Both the position numbers and the translations under genes were made by a program. A stretch of 64,000 bases of DNA from Acutalibacteraceae bacterium (GTDB lineage Bacteria > Bacillota > Clostridia > Oscillospirales > Acutalibacteraceae): assembly GCA_045641585.1 (NCBI GenBank), contig JAZUHF010000041.1:2217-66216 (forward strand), written 5' to 3'. Position 1 is the first letter of the stretch, and each line of letters begins with the position of its first letter. The notes below the pieces were generated by a model that ran no database searches, was not told where the DNA came from, and was given only the letters and a program-made list of their open reading frames with translations. This document shows, one piece after another, positions 27,443 to 36,727 of the stretch.

Positions 27443-28275
27443 TGACGGATGTAGCGGCTTCGGTTTTGGCAAAACTCCGTAATAAAGCAAAGCAAAGCGG
27501 AATCAGTTATCAGCAATGCTTGCAGTTGTTTGTTCAAGAGGAATTTTTGCGTAAACTCTCTAAGTCCGGATGCTCGGAGCATTTGGTATTAAAAGGCGGA
27601 TTGTTTATTTATACGCTTACAAATTTTAAAAGCCGTGCAACCATTGATGCGGATTTTTTATTAAGAAATTATTCAAATACTGTAAATGATGTAAAGGCAC
27701 TTGTTGAAAAAATAATATATACGCCAACCGGCAACGATTATATTGTAATGAAAGCAAACGGCTTTGAAGAGATTTCTCCGCAAAGGAAATATCACGGAAT
27801 AAGCACACAAATTGTTTGTACGATAAAAAATGTTCGTGTTCCGTTTAATGTTGATATCGGCGTGGGTGATGTTATCGTGCCAGATGCAGAAGAACATCAA
27901 ATTATTACACAATTAGACGGATTTGAAACACCGGTTATTAAGACATATTCGCTTGAAAGTACTGTTGCAGAAAAATTTGATGCTATACTTCAACGCTTTG
28001 AACTTACCGGAAGAATGAAAGATTTTTATGATATATATTATCTTTCCAAAACTTATAAATTTGATGAAGAAAAATTGCGAAAAGCAATCTTTGAGACACT
28101 TAAAAGACGGGGTACACCCTATGATAAAGGCAGTTTTCACAGAATCATTTCACTTAAAGATGATCCGGACATGCTTAAAAAGTGGAAGTATTTTTTGAAG
28201 AATATTAAAGATGAAAATTTAGAGTTTGAAACTGTTATTGATGGAATACAGGCTTTTCTGGAGCCGATATTATAA
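27442..28275 (+). CDS. AbiEii/AbiGii-family nucleotidyltransferase toxin (DUF1814)
   Basis: ...ASVLAKLRNKAKQSGISYQQCLQLFVQEEFLRKL...LVLKGG...IDADF... N-terminal signature of AbiEii. Confidence 0.7.
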   Translation: MTDVAASVLAKLRNKAKQSGISYQQCLQLFVQEEFLRKLSKSGCSEHLVLKGGLFIYTLTNFKSRATIDADFLLRNYSNTVNDVKALVEKIIYTPTGNDYIVMKANGFEEISPQRKYHGISTQIVCTIKNVRVPFNVDIGVGDVIVPDAEEHQIITQLDGFETPVIKTYSLESTVAEKFDAILQRFELTGRMKDFYDIYYLSKTYKFDEEKLRKAIFETLKRRGTPYDKGSFHRIISLKDDPDMLKKWKYFLKNIKDENLEFETVIDGIQAFLEPIL

Positions 28276-28366
28276 GTTTTTAAACAAAAAATGTTTTTGT
28301 GTATTGATTTATGTTTTAAATTTGATATATAATTATCATAAGTATTAATAGAGAGGACATAATATT

Positions 28367-29578
28367 ATGTGCGAAGAAACAATGCAAAATTCACTTGATA
28401 ATAACAAAGAAAACTTTGTTGAAATTTCTAGTTTTGACACTGAAGTGATATTTGATAATGAAGATGATCAACTAAATCCATCAGCTAATTCAAATAATGA
28501 AAGGGTTTATCCTGTGAAATCAATAAAAGTAGAACGAGGATTTTACACTACATTTGAACTAAAAAGAAAATACGATAAACAACCTTCATTGGTAATACTA
28601 GATAGCGATTTTCAACGGGAAAATGTTTGGAAACTTCAGCAAAAAAGAGAATTGATTGAAAGCATATTAATGGGATTACCATTGCCTATTTTTTATTTTA
28701 ACGAAGATAAAATGGGAAAACTAATAGTTATAGATGGTCGGCAAAGATTAGATGCGATTTTTTCGTATATGAATGGAGATTTTGCTCTAGATAAATTGAA
28801 AATATTAGATGAATTTAATAAAAAAAAGTTTAAGGATCTTGACCCGATTTATCAATCCAAAATTGAAGACTATCAAATAATGGCGCATGTAATACAACCG
28901 GCAACTCCAGATAGGGTTAAATTTGATATTTTTGATAGAGTTAACCGTGCGGGGACACAATTGAACAAGCAGGAAATTCGTAATGCTTTATATCAGGGCA
29001 AATCCACATTATTATTGAATAGATTGTGTAACTCTAATGAATTTAATGAAGCAACAGAAAATTATTTTTTAAAAGATACTCGTATGAAAAACAGATATTT
29101 GTTATTGAGATTTATTGCTTTTTATTTACTGTTTAATAAAAAAATATATAAAAGAAATGGAAGTCAAAATGAGTTGTATTCATATAATGGTGATATTGAT
29201 GAGTTATTAGGATTAGCCATGGAATTCTTAAATAATTGTAGTGATTATGAAATAGATCAAATTGAAAAAACAACAATAATAGCTTTAACTCAAATAACAT
29301 TTTATTTGGGTTATAACGCTTTTAGGTTGTTAGATGTTAACAAAGATGGAACTATAAAACGTTATCCTATAAATATCAATATTTTTGAATGTTTTATGTA
29401 TGCTATGACTCTTTTGCCGATTAAAAATCATCAAATAAAAGATAAAGTTATGAATTACTTTAGTGATTTGAAAAACGATATAGAATTTAGAGAAAGTTTG
29501 AATAATCATCGTGATAGTGATGTCAAAGTGAAATTAAGAAGTGATAAAATAAATAAAATAGTGGGTGATTTTTTATGA
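28367..29578 (+). CDS. DUF262 (ParB/GmrSD-N-like) domain protein
   Basis: ...DSDFQRENVWKLQQKRELIESILMGLPLPIFYF...LIVIDGRQRLDAIFSY...NRAGTQLNKQEIRNA; no HNH/DUF1524 tail seen. Confidence 0.7.
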   Translation: MCEETMQNSLDNNKENFVEISSFDTEVIFDNEDDQLNPSANSNNERVYPVKSIKVERGFYTTFELKRKYDKQPSLVILDSDFQRENVWKLQQKRELIESILMGLPLPIFYFNEDKMGKLIVIDGRQRLDAIFSYMNGDFALDKLKILDEFNKKKFKDLDPIYQSKIEDYQIMAHVIQPATPDRVKFDIFDRVNRAGTQLNKQEIRNALYQGKSTLLLNRLCNSNEFNEATENYFLKDTRMKNRYLLLRFIAFYLLFNKKIYKRNGSQNELYSYNGDIDELLGLAMEFLNNCSDYEIDQIEKTTIIALTQITFYLGYNAFRLLDVNKDGTIKRYPININIFECFMYAMTLLPIKNHQIKDKVMNYFSDLKNDIEFRESLNNHRDSDVKVKLRSDKINKIVGDFL

Positions 29579-30603
29579 TAAATAAAGTGCATATAACAAA
29601 TTTTAAAAGTATTTCGGATTTGATTGTGTATTGTAATAAATTAAATATTATTGCTGGTGCAAATTCATCTGGAAAATCAACATTCATACAAAGCTTGTTA
29701 CTTATGCAACAAAACAATAAAACTAATATGGGATTAAATGGAGAATTTATCAAACTTGGCAATTACAAAGATATAAAAAATTTCAATTTAAATTCTCAAA
29801 AAACATCTATAGAAATAGATGATTCTAAAATCGTTTTTTCAGATGAAGGTATAATAGTTAATGATTTTTTAGATAAAGGAAATAATTCTGAAAATCCTAA
29901 TATATGTCCAACAATTAATTACCTATCTTGCGAAAGAATAGGGCCAGAAGATATTTATAAAAAAAATTACCATAGTGATGTTAATGTTGGAATGGATGGG
30001 GAGTTTGCTATTTATGTTTTAGATAAAAATAAGGATATCCCCTTGTCTAAAGAATTAATATGTGATAATAATTCATTTACATTGGGAAATCAAGTGAATT
30101 ATTGGCTTAAATATATTTTGGGAGCTACAATTGTAACAGAAGATATTATTGGTACAGATTTTGTAAAATGTTTTTTTTCAGTTGCAGGTGAAAAACTTAT
30201 TCGGCCAAAAAATGTTGGTGCGGGATTTAGTTACCTTGTAAGTATTATTGTTATGTGTTTGTTATGTAAGGAAAATGATGTTGTAGTGATCGAAAATCCC
30301 GAAATACATCTCCATCCAAATGCTCAATCGAAAGTTTGTGAATTCTTGTATTTTATTTCTTCACACAATCGTCAAGTTTTTGTTGAAACTCATAGTGACC
30401 ACATATTTAACGGTGTTAGAGCTGGAATAGCAAGTGAGAAAATGGAATCTGAGACAATAGCAATTGATTTTTTTACTATGAATGATAAATATTGCACAGA
30501 AAATAATATTATTAAAGTCGGAAAAAGAGGACGAATTAGCAATTGCCCAAACGGTTTATTTGATCAATTTGATATTGATTTAAATCGTATGCTCAATATT
30601 TAG
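29575..30603 (+). CDS. ABC/SMC-type ATPase (AAA_15/21, DUF3696-like)
   Basis: ITNFKSISDL...IIAGANSSGKST (Walker A), VVVIENPEIHLHP (Walker B/D-loop), ETHSDH (H-loop); 4-nt overlap with the DUF262 gene. Confidence 0.7.
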   Translation: MINKVHITNFKSISDLIVYCNKLNIIAGANSSGKSTFIQSLLLMQQNNKTNMGLNGEFIKLGNYKDIKNFNLNSQKTSIEIDDSKIVFSDEGIIVNDFLDKGNNSENPNICPTINYLSCERIGPEDIYKKNYHSDVNVGMDGEFAIYVLDKNKDIPLSKELICDNNSFTLGNQVNYWLKYILGATIVTEDIIGTDFVKCFFSVAGEKLIRPKNVGAGFSYLVSIIVMCLLCKENDVVVIENPEIHLHPNAQSKVCEFLYFISSHNRQVFVETHSDHIFNGVRAGIASEKMESETIAIDFFTMNDKYCTENNIIKVGKRGRISNCPNGLFDQFDIDLNRMLNI

Positions 30604-30612
30604 GAATGTGCT

Positions 30613-31518
30613 ATGGAAATAATATTAAATGACTATTCAATTGATTCTCAGTTTGATAGTGTGGAATCTTTCGTTGATTCATTAGTTGAGTATACATTGC
30701 CTTTATTAGATATACTAAAGAGCAAAGAGTTTTATATATTGAAAAGGTATGATTCATACAATTTAAAAATCACATCCGATTTATCACTTTATGATTTTTT
30801 AAAGTTGAATAAATACAATGCATATGCAGAAACTCAAAAAATGAAATCACTGCTGGTTTCATTAAGTGATGAACCTTATTGGCAAGATAATAATAGGACG
30901 GACCAAAAATCTGTTTATAAAACCGAATTTACTGGGGAGTTTTATGGTAGTAGTCCGAATTGTTTTTCGGAGGCTTTAGAAAGAGATAAGATTGTTTTTT
31001 CATTTGAAAAAGAAAATTTTAAGAGAAAAACATTAAAAATACTTAAAAATAATATTGATTTTGAATTACATAATTTTTATGATTCAATTAATACTTTTGA
31101 TTTTCTTTATGAGAAGAGCTATATTTCTTTTTCCGAATTGCTTTTGGGATACAATAATAGTCTTAAAATTTCATTCTTTTGTTTGAATGGTTCGGTAATA
31201 ATAGATAATGAGTTTGATGATTCCAATTTGACCATTGATGATGCTTACTCAATTAAAAGAGATTTTTGTAAATGGATAGAGGGAATTGAATATGACAATA
31301 TGTTGCCTAGATTAACGGATTCAATTAAATATAAAGATATAACTTATAATGAGTTTAGAACAACTTTAAAAAATAGTAGAGAGTTTAGGATGTTTTATAA
31401 ATTAATAGACAATACATATGTATTTTTTAATTTGTTATTAAAAAAATCAGAAGCAACTCCTATGAATACAAAGAAAAGAACATATGATTTGATAAAACAT
31501 TATTATAAAACGGACTAA
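30613..31518 (+). CDS. Hypothetical protein with a C-terminal RelE/ParE-superfamily (Gp49/HigB-like) module
   Basis: 301 aa. Last ~65 aa are ...YNEFRTTLKNSREFRMFYKLIDNTYVFFNLLLKKSEATPMNTKKRTYDLIKHY. They follow the Gp49-type pattern W-E-L-R...R-I-x-F-x...h-h-L-L-x-x-F-x-K-K-[TS]-x-x-T-P...E-I-x-x-A. N-terminal ~235 aa unassigned. Confidence 0.5.
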   Translation: MEIILNDYSIDSQFDSVESFVDSLVEYTLPLLDILKSKEFYILKRYDSYNLKITSDLSLYDFLKLNKYNAYAETQKMKSLLVSLSDEPYWQDNNRTDQKSVYKTEFTGEFYGSSPNCFSEALERDKIVFSFEKENFKRKTLKILKNNIDFELHNFYDSINTFDFLYEKSYISFSELLLGYNNSLKISFFCLNGSVIIDNEFDDSNLTIDDAYSIKRDFCKWIEGIEYDNMLPRLTDSIKYKDITYNEFRTTLKNSREFRMFYKLIDNTYVFFNLLLKKSEATPMNTKKRTYDLIKHYYKTD

Positions 31519-31554
31519 ACGGAATAAAGTCGAAAAAAGGAAATGAATTTTATG

Positions 31555-31593
31555 GTTTAAGCGGTTGACAAACGGCTTAAACTGTGTTATTCT
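31555..31593 (+). promoter_or_regulatory. Promoter with a palindromic operator flanking the -35 box
   Basis: GTTTAAGC (31555-31562) / GCTTAAAC (31575-31582) arms around TTGACA (31565-31570); 17-nt spacer; TATTCT (31588-31593). Confidence 0.5.
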
Positions 31594-31795
31594 AATGATG
31601 CTGAATTTTAAAATAATGAAGGAGAGGTTAAATAGTAAACTTAATCAAAAGCAAATGATGAAAGTTCATCGGCTTTTGAGGAATGCATTTGAATTCGAAT
31701 TGATTCGAAGATCGGGTGAAGTTTACTATGGTAAGATGTCCTTCATAAAGTTCGGTGGTTTTTCTGAATATAAAGGCATAGTATCATAGAAACAT

Positions 31796-31824
31796 ACGCT
31801 CATCTTCGGATGGGCGTTATTTTT
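31796..31824 (+). terminator. Intrinsic terminator at the end of a ~230-nt leader, immediately upstream of xis
   Basis: ACGCTCATC-TTCG-GATGGGCGT followed by TATTTTT. Confidence 0.55.
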
Positions 31825-31866
31825 ATGCTCAAAACGAAAAAACAAAAATCGAAAGGAGGGAAAGCG

Positions 31867-32064
31867 GTGATTTCTGAAAACAAATGCCTTTTTTATGAAG
31901 CGGAAGATATTTTTGAAATGTTAGGTCTGCAAAAGACTGCAGGATACAGATATTTGGAAAAGGTTATGAAAAGCGGAAAACCTTTTAAAACTATAAAAAT
32001 CGGAAAACTGTATCGTATTTCCAAAGTGTCGTTTGATGCTTGGATTCAAAATGAGATGCAGTAA
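31867..32064 (+). CDS. Excisionase-type (MerR/HTH_17-like) DNA-binding protein
   Basis: GTG 31867 five nt after AAAGGAGGG; 65 aa ...FYEAEDIFEMLGLQKTAGYRYLEKVMKSGKPFKTIKIGKLYRISKVSFDAWI. Confidence 0.65.
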   Translation: MISENKCLFYEAEDIFEMLGLQKTAGYRYLEKVMKSGKPFKTIKIGKLYRISKVSFDAWIQNEMQ

Positions 32065-32088
32065 AACTTTGACAAGGAGAAATATAAA

Positions 32089-33237
32089 TTGAAAAGCAAT
32101 AAATCCAAACCTTTTTATCGTTGTGGTTCATGGTATCACAGAACAAAATTTTTAAGAGATGATTTCACAGTGGGATACGGTAAGAAAGGAGGATATGCAA
32201 CCGCCGAAGAGGCGGAGAAAGGGAAAATTATTATGGATAAATTATTTGAAGAGCAAAAGAATAATGTGTTTGGTAAACAAACAATGTTGTTATCTGAATT
32301 TTTAGAAGATTGGTTTTACAATATTCAGTGTAACAAAATCAGTTCAGCTTGCAAAATGAACATGGAGCATACCTTGAAACAGTGGATTATGCCGTTTGTA
32401 GGAGATATTGAACTGAATCAGTGCAATACGGAATATATCGACCAATTACTCGAAAAAGCATCAACGCTAACGACCACATCAGCCGAAAAAGCAAGAGAAG
32501 TATTAAGCATCGCTTTTAATTTTGCCTATCAAAACAACTTGATTGATAGGAATCCTGTAAAACAGGCAAAAAAATATTCTCATACTAAGAAACCGTTAAA
32601 AGTTTTAAGTGATGATGAAATCAAGAGATTTTTGCTGTGTGCTTCTGCAAATTCACGGTTTTTGGAGATTTTGTTAGCACTGTTTTGCGGATTGTCAAGA
32701 GCGGAAATCTACGGTCTTAAATTTTCGGACTTTGATTGGGATGCCAAAACCTTAACGGTATCAAGAGAAATTGTTCAGGATAAGAAGTTTGATGCAGAAA
32801 AGCAAAAGGAAATTTACTGTTCCAAAGTTCAAGAATTGCACACACAAAACAATCACAGAACTCTTGCCGTGCCGGATATTATATTCGATGAACTGAGCAA
32901 AAGAGAAGTAATGATTGAGGCAAATAAAATGCGGTATCAGCCGTATTATGACGAGGATTACATTTGTTGCCAAAAGGACGGAAAAACACCGGCATTAAGT
33001 TTGCTCAACGATGCACTTTCTGCAATTTGCAAAAAATCAAAACTTGGCTCGATTACGGTACAAGACCTCAGAAATACCTATGCCGTTCGCTTTTTGAATG
33101 ACTTTGGGACTTTACAGGAATTATCTCTAAATTTAGGGTACAGCAGTATAAAAACGACTGATGAGCGATATGGGAATTTTTCGAGAAAACCTCAATCCGC
33201 CAAGGAAATTATTGATTCAATATTTAAGGTGAGTTGA
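32089..33237 (+). CDS. Tyrosine integrase (phage-integrase family) with N-terminal arm-type DNA-binding domain
   Basis: 382 aa; TTG start after AAGGAG; ...GLSRAEIYGLKFSDF..., ...VQDLRNTYAVRFL..., ...LGYSSIKTTDERYG. Confidence 0.8.
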   Translation: MKSNKSKPFYRCGSWYHRTKFLRDDFTVGYGKKGGYATAEEAEKGKIIMDKLFEEQKNNVFGKQTMLLSEFLEDWFYNIQCNKISSACKMNMEHTLKQWIMPFVGDIELNQCNTEYIDQLLEKASTLTTTSAEKAREVLSIAFNFAYQNNLIDRNPVKQAKKYSHTKKPLKVLSDDEIKRFLLCASANSRFLEILLALFCGLSRAEIYGLKFSDFDWDAKTLTVSREIVQDKKFDAEKQKEIYCSKVQELHTQNNHRTLAVPDIIFDELSKREVMIEANKMRYQPYYDEDYICCQKDGKTPALSLLNDALSAICKKSKLGSITVQDLRNTYAVRFLNDFGTLQELSLNLGYSSIKTTDERYGNFSRKPQSAKEIIDSIFKVS

Positions 33238-33240
33238 GTG

Positions 33241-34419
33241 ATGACGAGTAATTGTTATGTGGATTTCAAAATAAGCGGTGTAATAAAAATCAAAGGGAAA
33301 TATGGCTTTCGCATTTACTTAAAATTAACCGACGGAAGCAAAACAACAAAACAGCATTCCGGTTTTGAAACCAGAAAGGCGGCAAGTGAAGCAAGAGATA
33401 AAGCGGTGGCGGAACTGTATACACATACTTATGTTCTTAACAAGAAGTTGACGGTATCGGAATATTTGGATGATTGGTTGGAAAGCGAAATCAAAAAAAC
33501 CAAAAGATCTGCTACTTATTCGACCTATTACTATTGTATTAAAAATAATATTGCACCCTATATCGGCAAAATCAAGCTTTGTGAGTTGAGCCGTCTTCAT
33601 ATCAATTACTTGTATGAAAAGGTGAGTAAAGAATCGTATTCAAATGCAAAAATGGTAAGGAACATTCTGAAAACTTCATTGAAACACGCAAACGACCGGC
33701 AGCAGATATCTTCAAATCCCACGGAGGGTATCTGCTTGCCAAAGCGGTCGCATAATGATAATAAACCGCAAAAAACCTTGACGGCAGAACAAGTGGGAAT
33801 ACTCATTGAAAATGCTAAAGGCACCAAAATATATTTATTTGTTCTTTTTGCGGCATTGATGGGTTTAAGGCGAGGAGAGATATTAGGACTAAAATATGCG
33901 GATGTAGATTTTGAAAATCACACCATTCACATCACACGCCAATTGGGAAAAGATGTTAATAAGTCGGCACCTGTCAAAAATGTTACAAAGCAGGAAATAC
34001 CGCTTAAAACAAATTCGTCCAATCGGATAATAGCTATGCCGGATTTAGTGTATGAGGCGGTAATTAAGGAAAGAACACTATATGAAAAGCACCGCAACAA
34101 AAGAAAGAAAACCTTTGTTGATGCCGATTATATCTGCTGTTCGACCTACGGCAGACCAAGAAGTCCGGCATTTGTGTATCAACCGTTTAAGGAACTCTTA
34201 AAAAAGTGCAGTTTGCCGGATATCCGTTTTCACGATTTAAGGCATACTTGTGCCACTATTCTTTTTGAAAACGGGGTAGATATGCAGGTTATCTCGGATA
34301 CACTCGGTCATTCAAAACCGTCAATGTCATTTGATGTGTACGGAGATAAAACCCGTATGCAAATTGTAAGAATGAGTTGGATTAACGGATTAAACGAATA
34401 TGTGGGTAAAGTGTTATAG
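33241..34419 (+). CDS. Second tyrosine integrase, paralogous to the upstream one
   Basis: ...GLRRGEILGLKYADVDF..., ...RFHDLRHTCATILFENGVDMQVISDTLGHSKPSMSFDVYG; starts 4 nt after the previous stop. Confidence 0.8.
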   Translation: MTSNCYVDFKISGVIKIKGKYGFRIYLKLTDGSKTTKQHSGFETRKAASEARDKAVAELYTHTYVLNKKLTVSEYLDDWLESEIKKTKRSATYSTYYYCIKNNIAPYIGKIKLCELSRLHINYLYEKVSKESYSNAKMVRNILKTSLKHANDRQQISSNPTEGICLPKRSHNDNKPQKTLTAEQVGILIENAKGTKIYLFVLFAALMGLRRGEILGLKYADVDFENHTIHITRQLGKDVNKSAPVKNVTKQEIPLKTNSSNRIIAMPDLVYEAVIKERTLYEKHRNKRKKTFVDADYICCSTYGRPRSPAFVYQPFKELLKKCSLPDIRFHDLRHTCATILFENGVDMQVISDTLGHSKPSMSFDVYGDKTRMQIVRMSWINGLNEYVGKVL

Positions 34420-34554
34420 AAAACTTTATGAAAGTCTTTTTTTTAATAAGAAACTGTGGTATAATAGTCTTAAATAAAAAAATGACTTTTTTCGTCCAAA
34501 GCACATTTTATACATATTTAACTTGATTTATTGATTAAAAAGAGAGGAGGGCAA

Positions 34555-36519
34555 ATGCCAATGGATAAATTTGAAATCGTATCAAAATTTAAGCCGACGG
34601 GAGACCAACCGCAAGCCATTGAGAAGTTAGTAGACGGTATCAACAAAGGGCTGAAAGAACAAGTATTATTGGGCGTTACAGGCAGTGGTAAGACTTTTAC
34701 GATGGCTAATGTAATTGCCAAAGTCAACAGACCAACGCTGATATTAGAGCCAAATAAGACATTGGCTGCCCAAATCTGTTCAGAACTCCGTGAATTTTTC
34801 CCTAATAGTGAAGTTGCCTTCTTTGTATCCTATTATGACTACTACCAACCCGAAGCGTATATACCTGGCACTGACACATATATAGAAAAAGATTCGGCGA
34901 TTAACGATGAGATTGATAAATTAAGGCACAGTGCAACCTGCGCACTCTCTGAAAGACGGGATGTTATAATTGTTGCTTCTGTTTCCTGCATATATTCGCT
35001 CGGAAGTCCTATTGATTATCGAAATATGGTCATTTCTTTGCGTAAAGGAATGGCGAAAAACCGAGATGAACTTATAAAGAAACTTGTTGATTTACAGTAT
35101 GAGCGAAACGATGTAAATTTTGTGCGTAATAAATTCCGTGTTCGCGGCGATGTTGTGGATGTTTTTCCGGCATACTCATATGAAAACGCAATACGCATTG
35201 AGTTTTTCGGCGATGAAATTGACAGAATTTGCGAAGTCAACGCACTTACCGGCGAAATTAAAGGTATTGTAAATCATGTTGCAATCTATCCTGCATCACA
35301 TTATATTGTCCCGCAGGATAAATTAGAGGATGCCTTGAAAGAATTAAAGGAAGAAATGGAAGAACGTGTGGAGTTTTTCAATGAAAACGGAAAGCTCATT
35401 GAAGCGCAGAGGATAAGGCAACGCACCGAATATGATATTGAAATGCTCCGTGAAGTCGGCACCTGCAAGGGAATTGAAAACTATTCCCGTGTTTTATCAA
35501 GGCGGCCTAAAGGCAGTGTGCCCTCGACATTGCTTGATTATTTTCCTGATGATTTTTTGCTTTTTGTTGATGAATCTCATGTGACTTTGCCACAGGTTCG
35601 GGGTATGTTCGGCGGCGATAGGGGAAGAAAGGAAAATCTTGTTGATTTTGGGTTCAGACTTCCGTCTGCTTTTGATAACCGTCCGCTTAATTTTAATGAG
35701 TTTTACAGTCATATAAATCAGGCAGTATTTGTTTCGGCAACTCCGGGCGATTTTGAAAAAGAGCACGCCGCTTCAATTACCGAGCAGGTTATAAGACCTA
35801 CGGGACTTTTAGACCCGATGGTTATTGTAAAACCGTCTGAGGGACAAATTGACGATTTGATTTCCGAAATAAATAAGCGAACTGCTAAAAATGAGAGAGT
35901 GCTTGTTACCACTCTTACCAAGAAGATGGCGGAGGATCTTACGGAGTATCTCGAAAATCTTGAAATCAAAGTCCGATATATGCATTATGATATTGACACT
36001 ATTGAGCGTATGGAGATAATAAGAGACTTAAGACTCGGCGAATTCGATGTTTTGGTCGGTATCAATTTATTAAGAGAGGGACTTGATATACCCGAAGTAT
36101 CGCTTGTTGCAATTCTTGATGCCGATAAGGAAGGCTTTTTGCGAAGTGAAACCTCACTCGTTCAAACAATCGGCAGAGCCGCGCGAAACGCAGACGGCAC
36201 CGTAATAATGTATGCCGACAGTGTCACTCGTTCAATGGAGTCTGCAATAAAGGAAACCGAACGCCGTCGCAATATTCAGCAAAAATACAATGAAGAACAC
36301 GGCATTGTCCCGAAAACAATTTTAAAGGATGTCCGTGATATTATTGAAATCGGTTCAAAGGTTGAAAACAATAAGCCCGATAGTAAACTGTCCCGCGCAG
36401 AAAGGGAAGAACTTATTAAGCGCTTAACCCGTGAAATGCAGCAAGCGGCAAAAATTCTTGAATTTGAACATGCCGCCGCTTTGCGTGACAGAATAAATAA
36501 ACTAAGGGGTAAAAAATAG
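34555..36519 (+). CDS. uvrB: Excinuclease ABC subunit B (UvrB), full length, probably with an island-derived 5' end
   Basis: ATG 34555 after [30 protein letters not shown], helicase motifs and C-terminal UVR domain ([17 protein letters not shown]) all present. Confidence 0.95.
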   Translation: MPMDKFEIVSKFKPTGDQPQAIEKLVDGINKGLKEQVLLGVTGSGKTFTMANVIAKVNRPTLILEPNKTLAAQICSELREFFPNSEVAFFVSYYDYYQPEAYIPGTDTYIEKDSAINDEIDKLRHSATCALSERRDVIIVASVSCIYSLGSPIDYRNMVISLRKGMAKNRDELIKKLVDLQYERNDVNFVRNKFRVRGDVVDVFPAYSYENAIRIEFFGDEIDRICEVNALTGEIKGIVNHVAIYPASHYIVPQDKLEDALKELKEEMEERVEFFNENGKLIEAQRIRQRTEYDIEMLREVGTCKGIENYSRVLSRRPKGSVPSTLLDYFPDDFLLFVDESHVTLPQVRGMFGGDRGRKENLVDFGFRLPSAFDNRPLNFNEFYSHINQAVFVSATPGDFEKEHAASITEQVIRPTGLLDPMVIVKPSEGQIDDLISEINKRTAKNERVLVTTLTKKMAEDLTEYLENLEIKVRYMHYDIDTIERMEIIRDLRLGEFDVLVGINLLREGLDIPEVSLVAILDADKEGFLRSETSLVQTIGRAARNADGTVIMYADSVTRSMESAIKETERRRNIQQKYNEEHGIVPKTILKDVRDIIEIGSKVENNKPDSKLSRAEREELIKRLTREMQQAAKILEFEHAAALRDRINKLRGKK

Positions 36520-36520
36520 T

Positions 36521-36553
36521 AAAACCCTCTGTATATGCAAAGGGTTTTATTTA
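36521..36553 (+). terminator. uvrB terminator
   Basis: AAAACCCT...AGGGTTTT stem followed by ATTTAT. Confidence 0.6.
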
Positions 36554-36652
36554 TATCGGCATTACTTTAGTGCAATAAAGTGATAAAGTGGCTTGTTTTT
36601 TTGAAAATTGTTGTATAAATTTAACAAAGTTTAAAAAAATGCAAAAAAACAC

Positions 36653-36681
36653 TTTACAACTTTAGCGAAGTGAAGTATAAT
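36653..36681 (+). promoter_or_regulatory. Promoter of the amino-acid ABC transporter operon
   Basis: TTTACA (36653-36658), 17 nt, TATAAT (36676-36681). Confidence 0.5.
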
Positions 36682-36727
36682 AACAACATCAAAAATAAAA
36701 ACCCGCGAGGGAAAAGGAGAAATTAAA

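Larger units (their letters stand above)
20445..34833 (+). mobile_element. ~14.4-kb integrative genomic island inserted in the 5' end of uvrB (defence-gene cargo; Xis + 2 integrases at the right end)
   Basis: Diverged direct duplication of uvrB codons (20199-20444 vs 34588-34833, offset 14,389 bp). Excisionase and two tyrosine integrases lie directly upstream of the restored uvrB. The interior looks AT-richer by eye. Exact crossover not resolved. Confidence 0.65.

Noticed and set aside
31565-31789. 74-aa ORF in the track (MTNGLNCVILMM...)
   Set aside because: Its TTG start is the TTG of the -35 hexamer TTGACA, there is no RBS, and its composition is low-complexity. I treat it as a non-coding leader.
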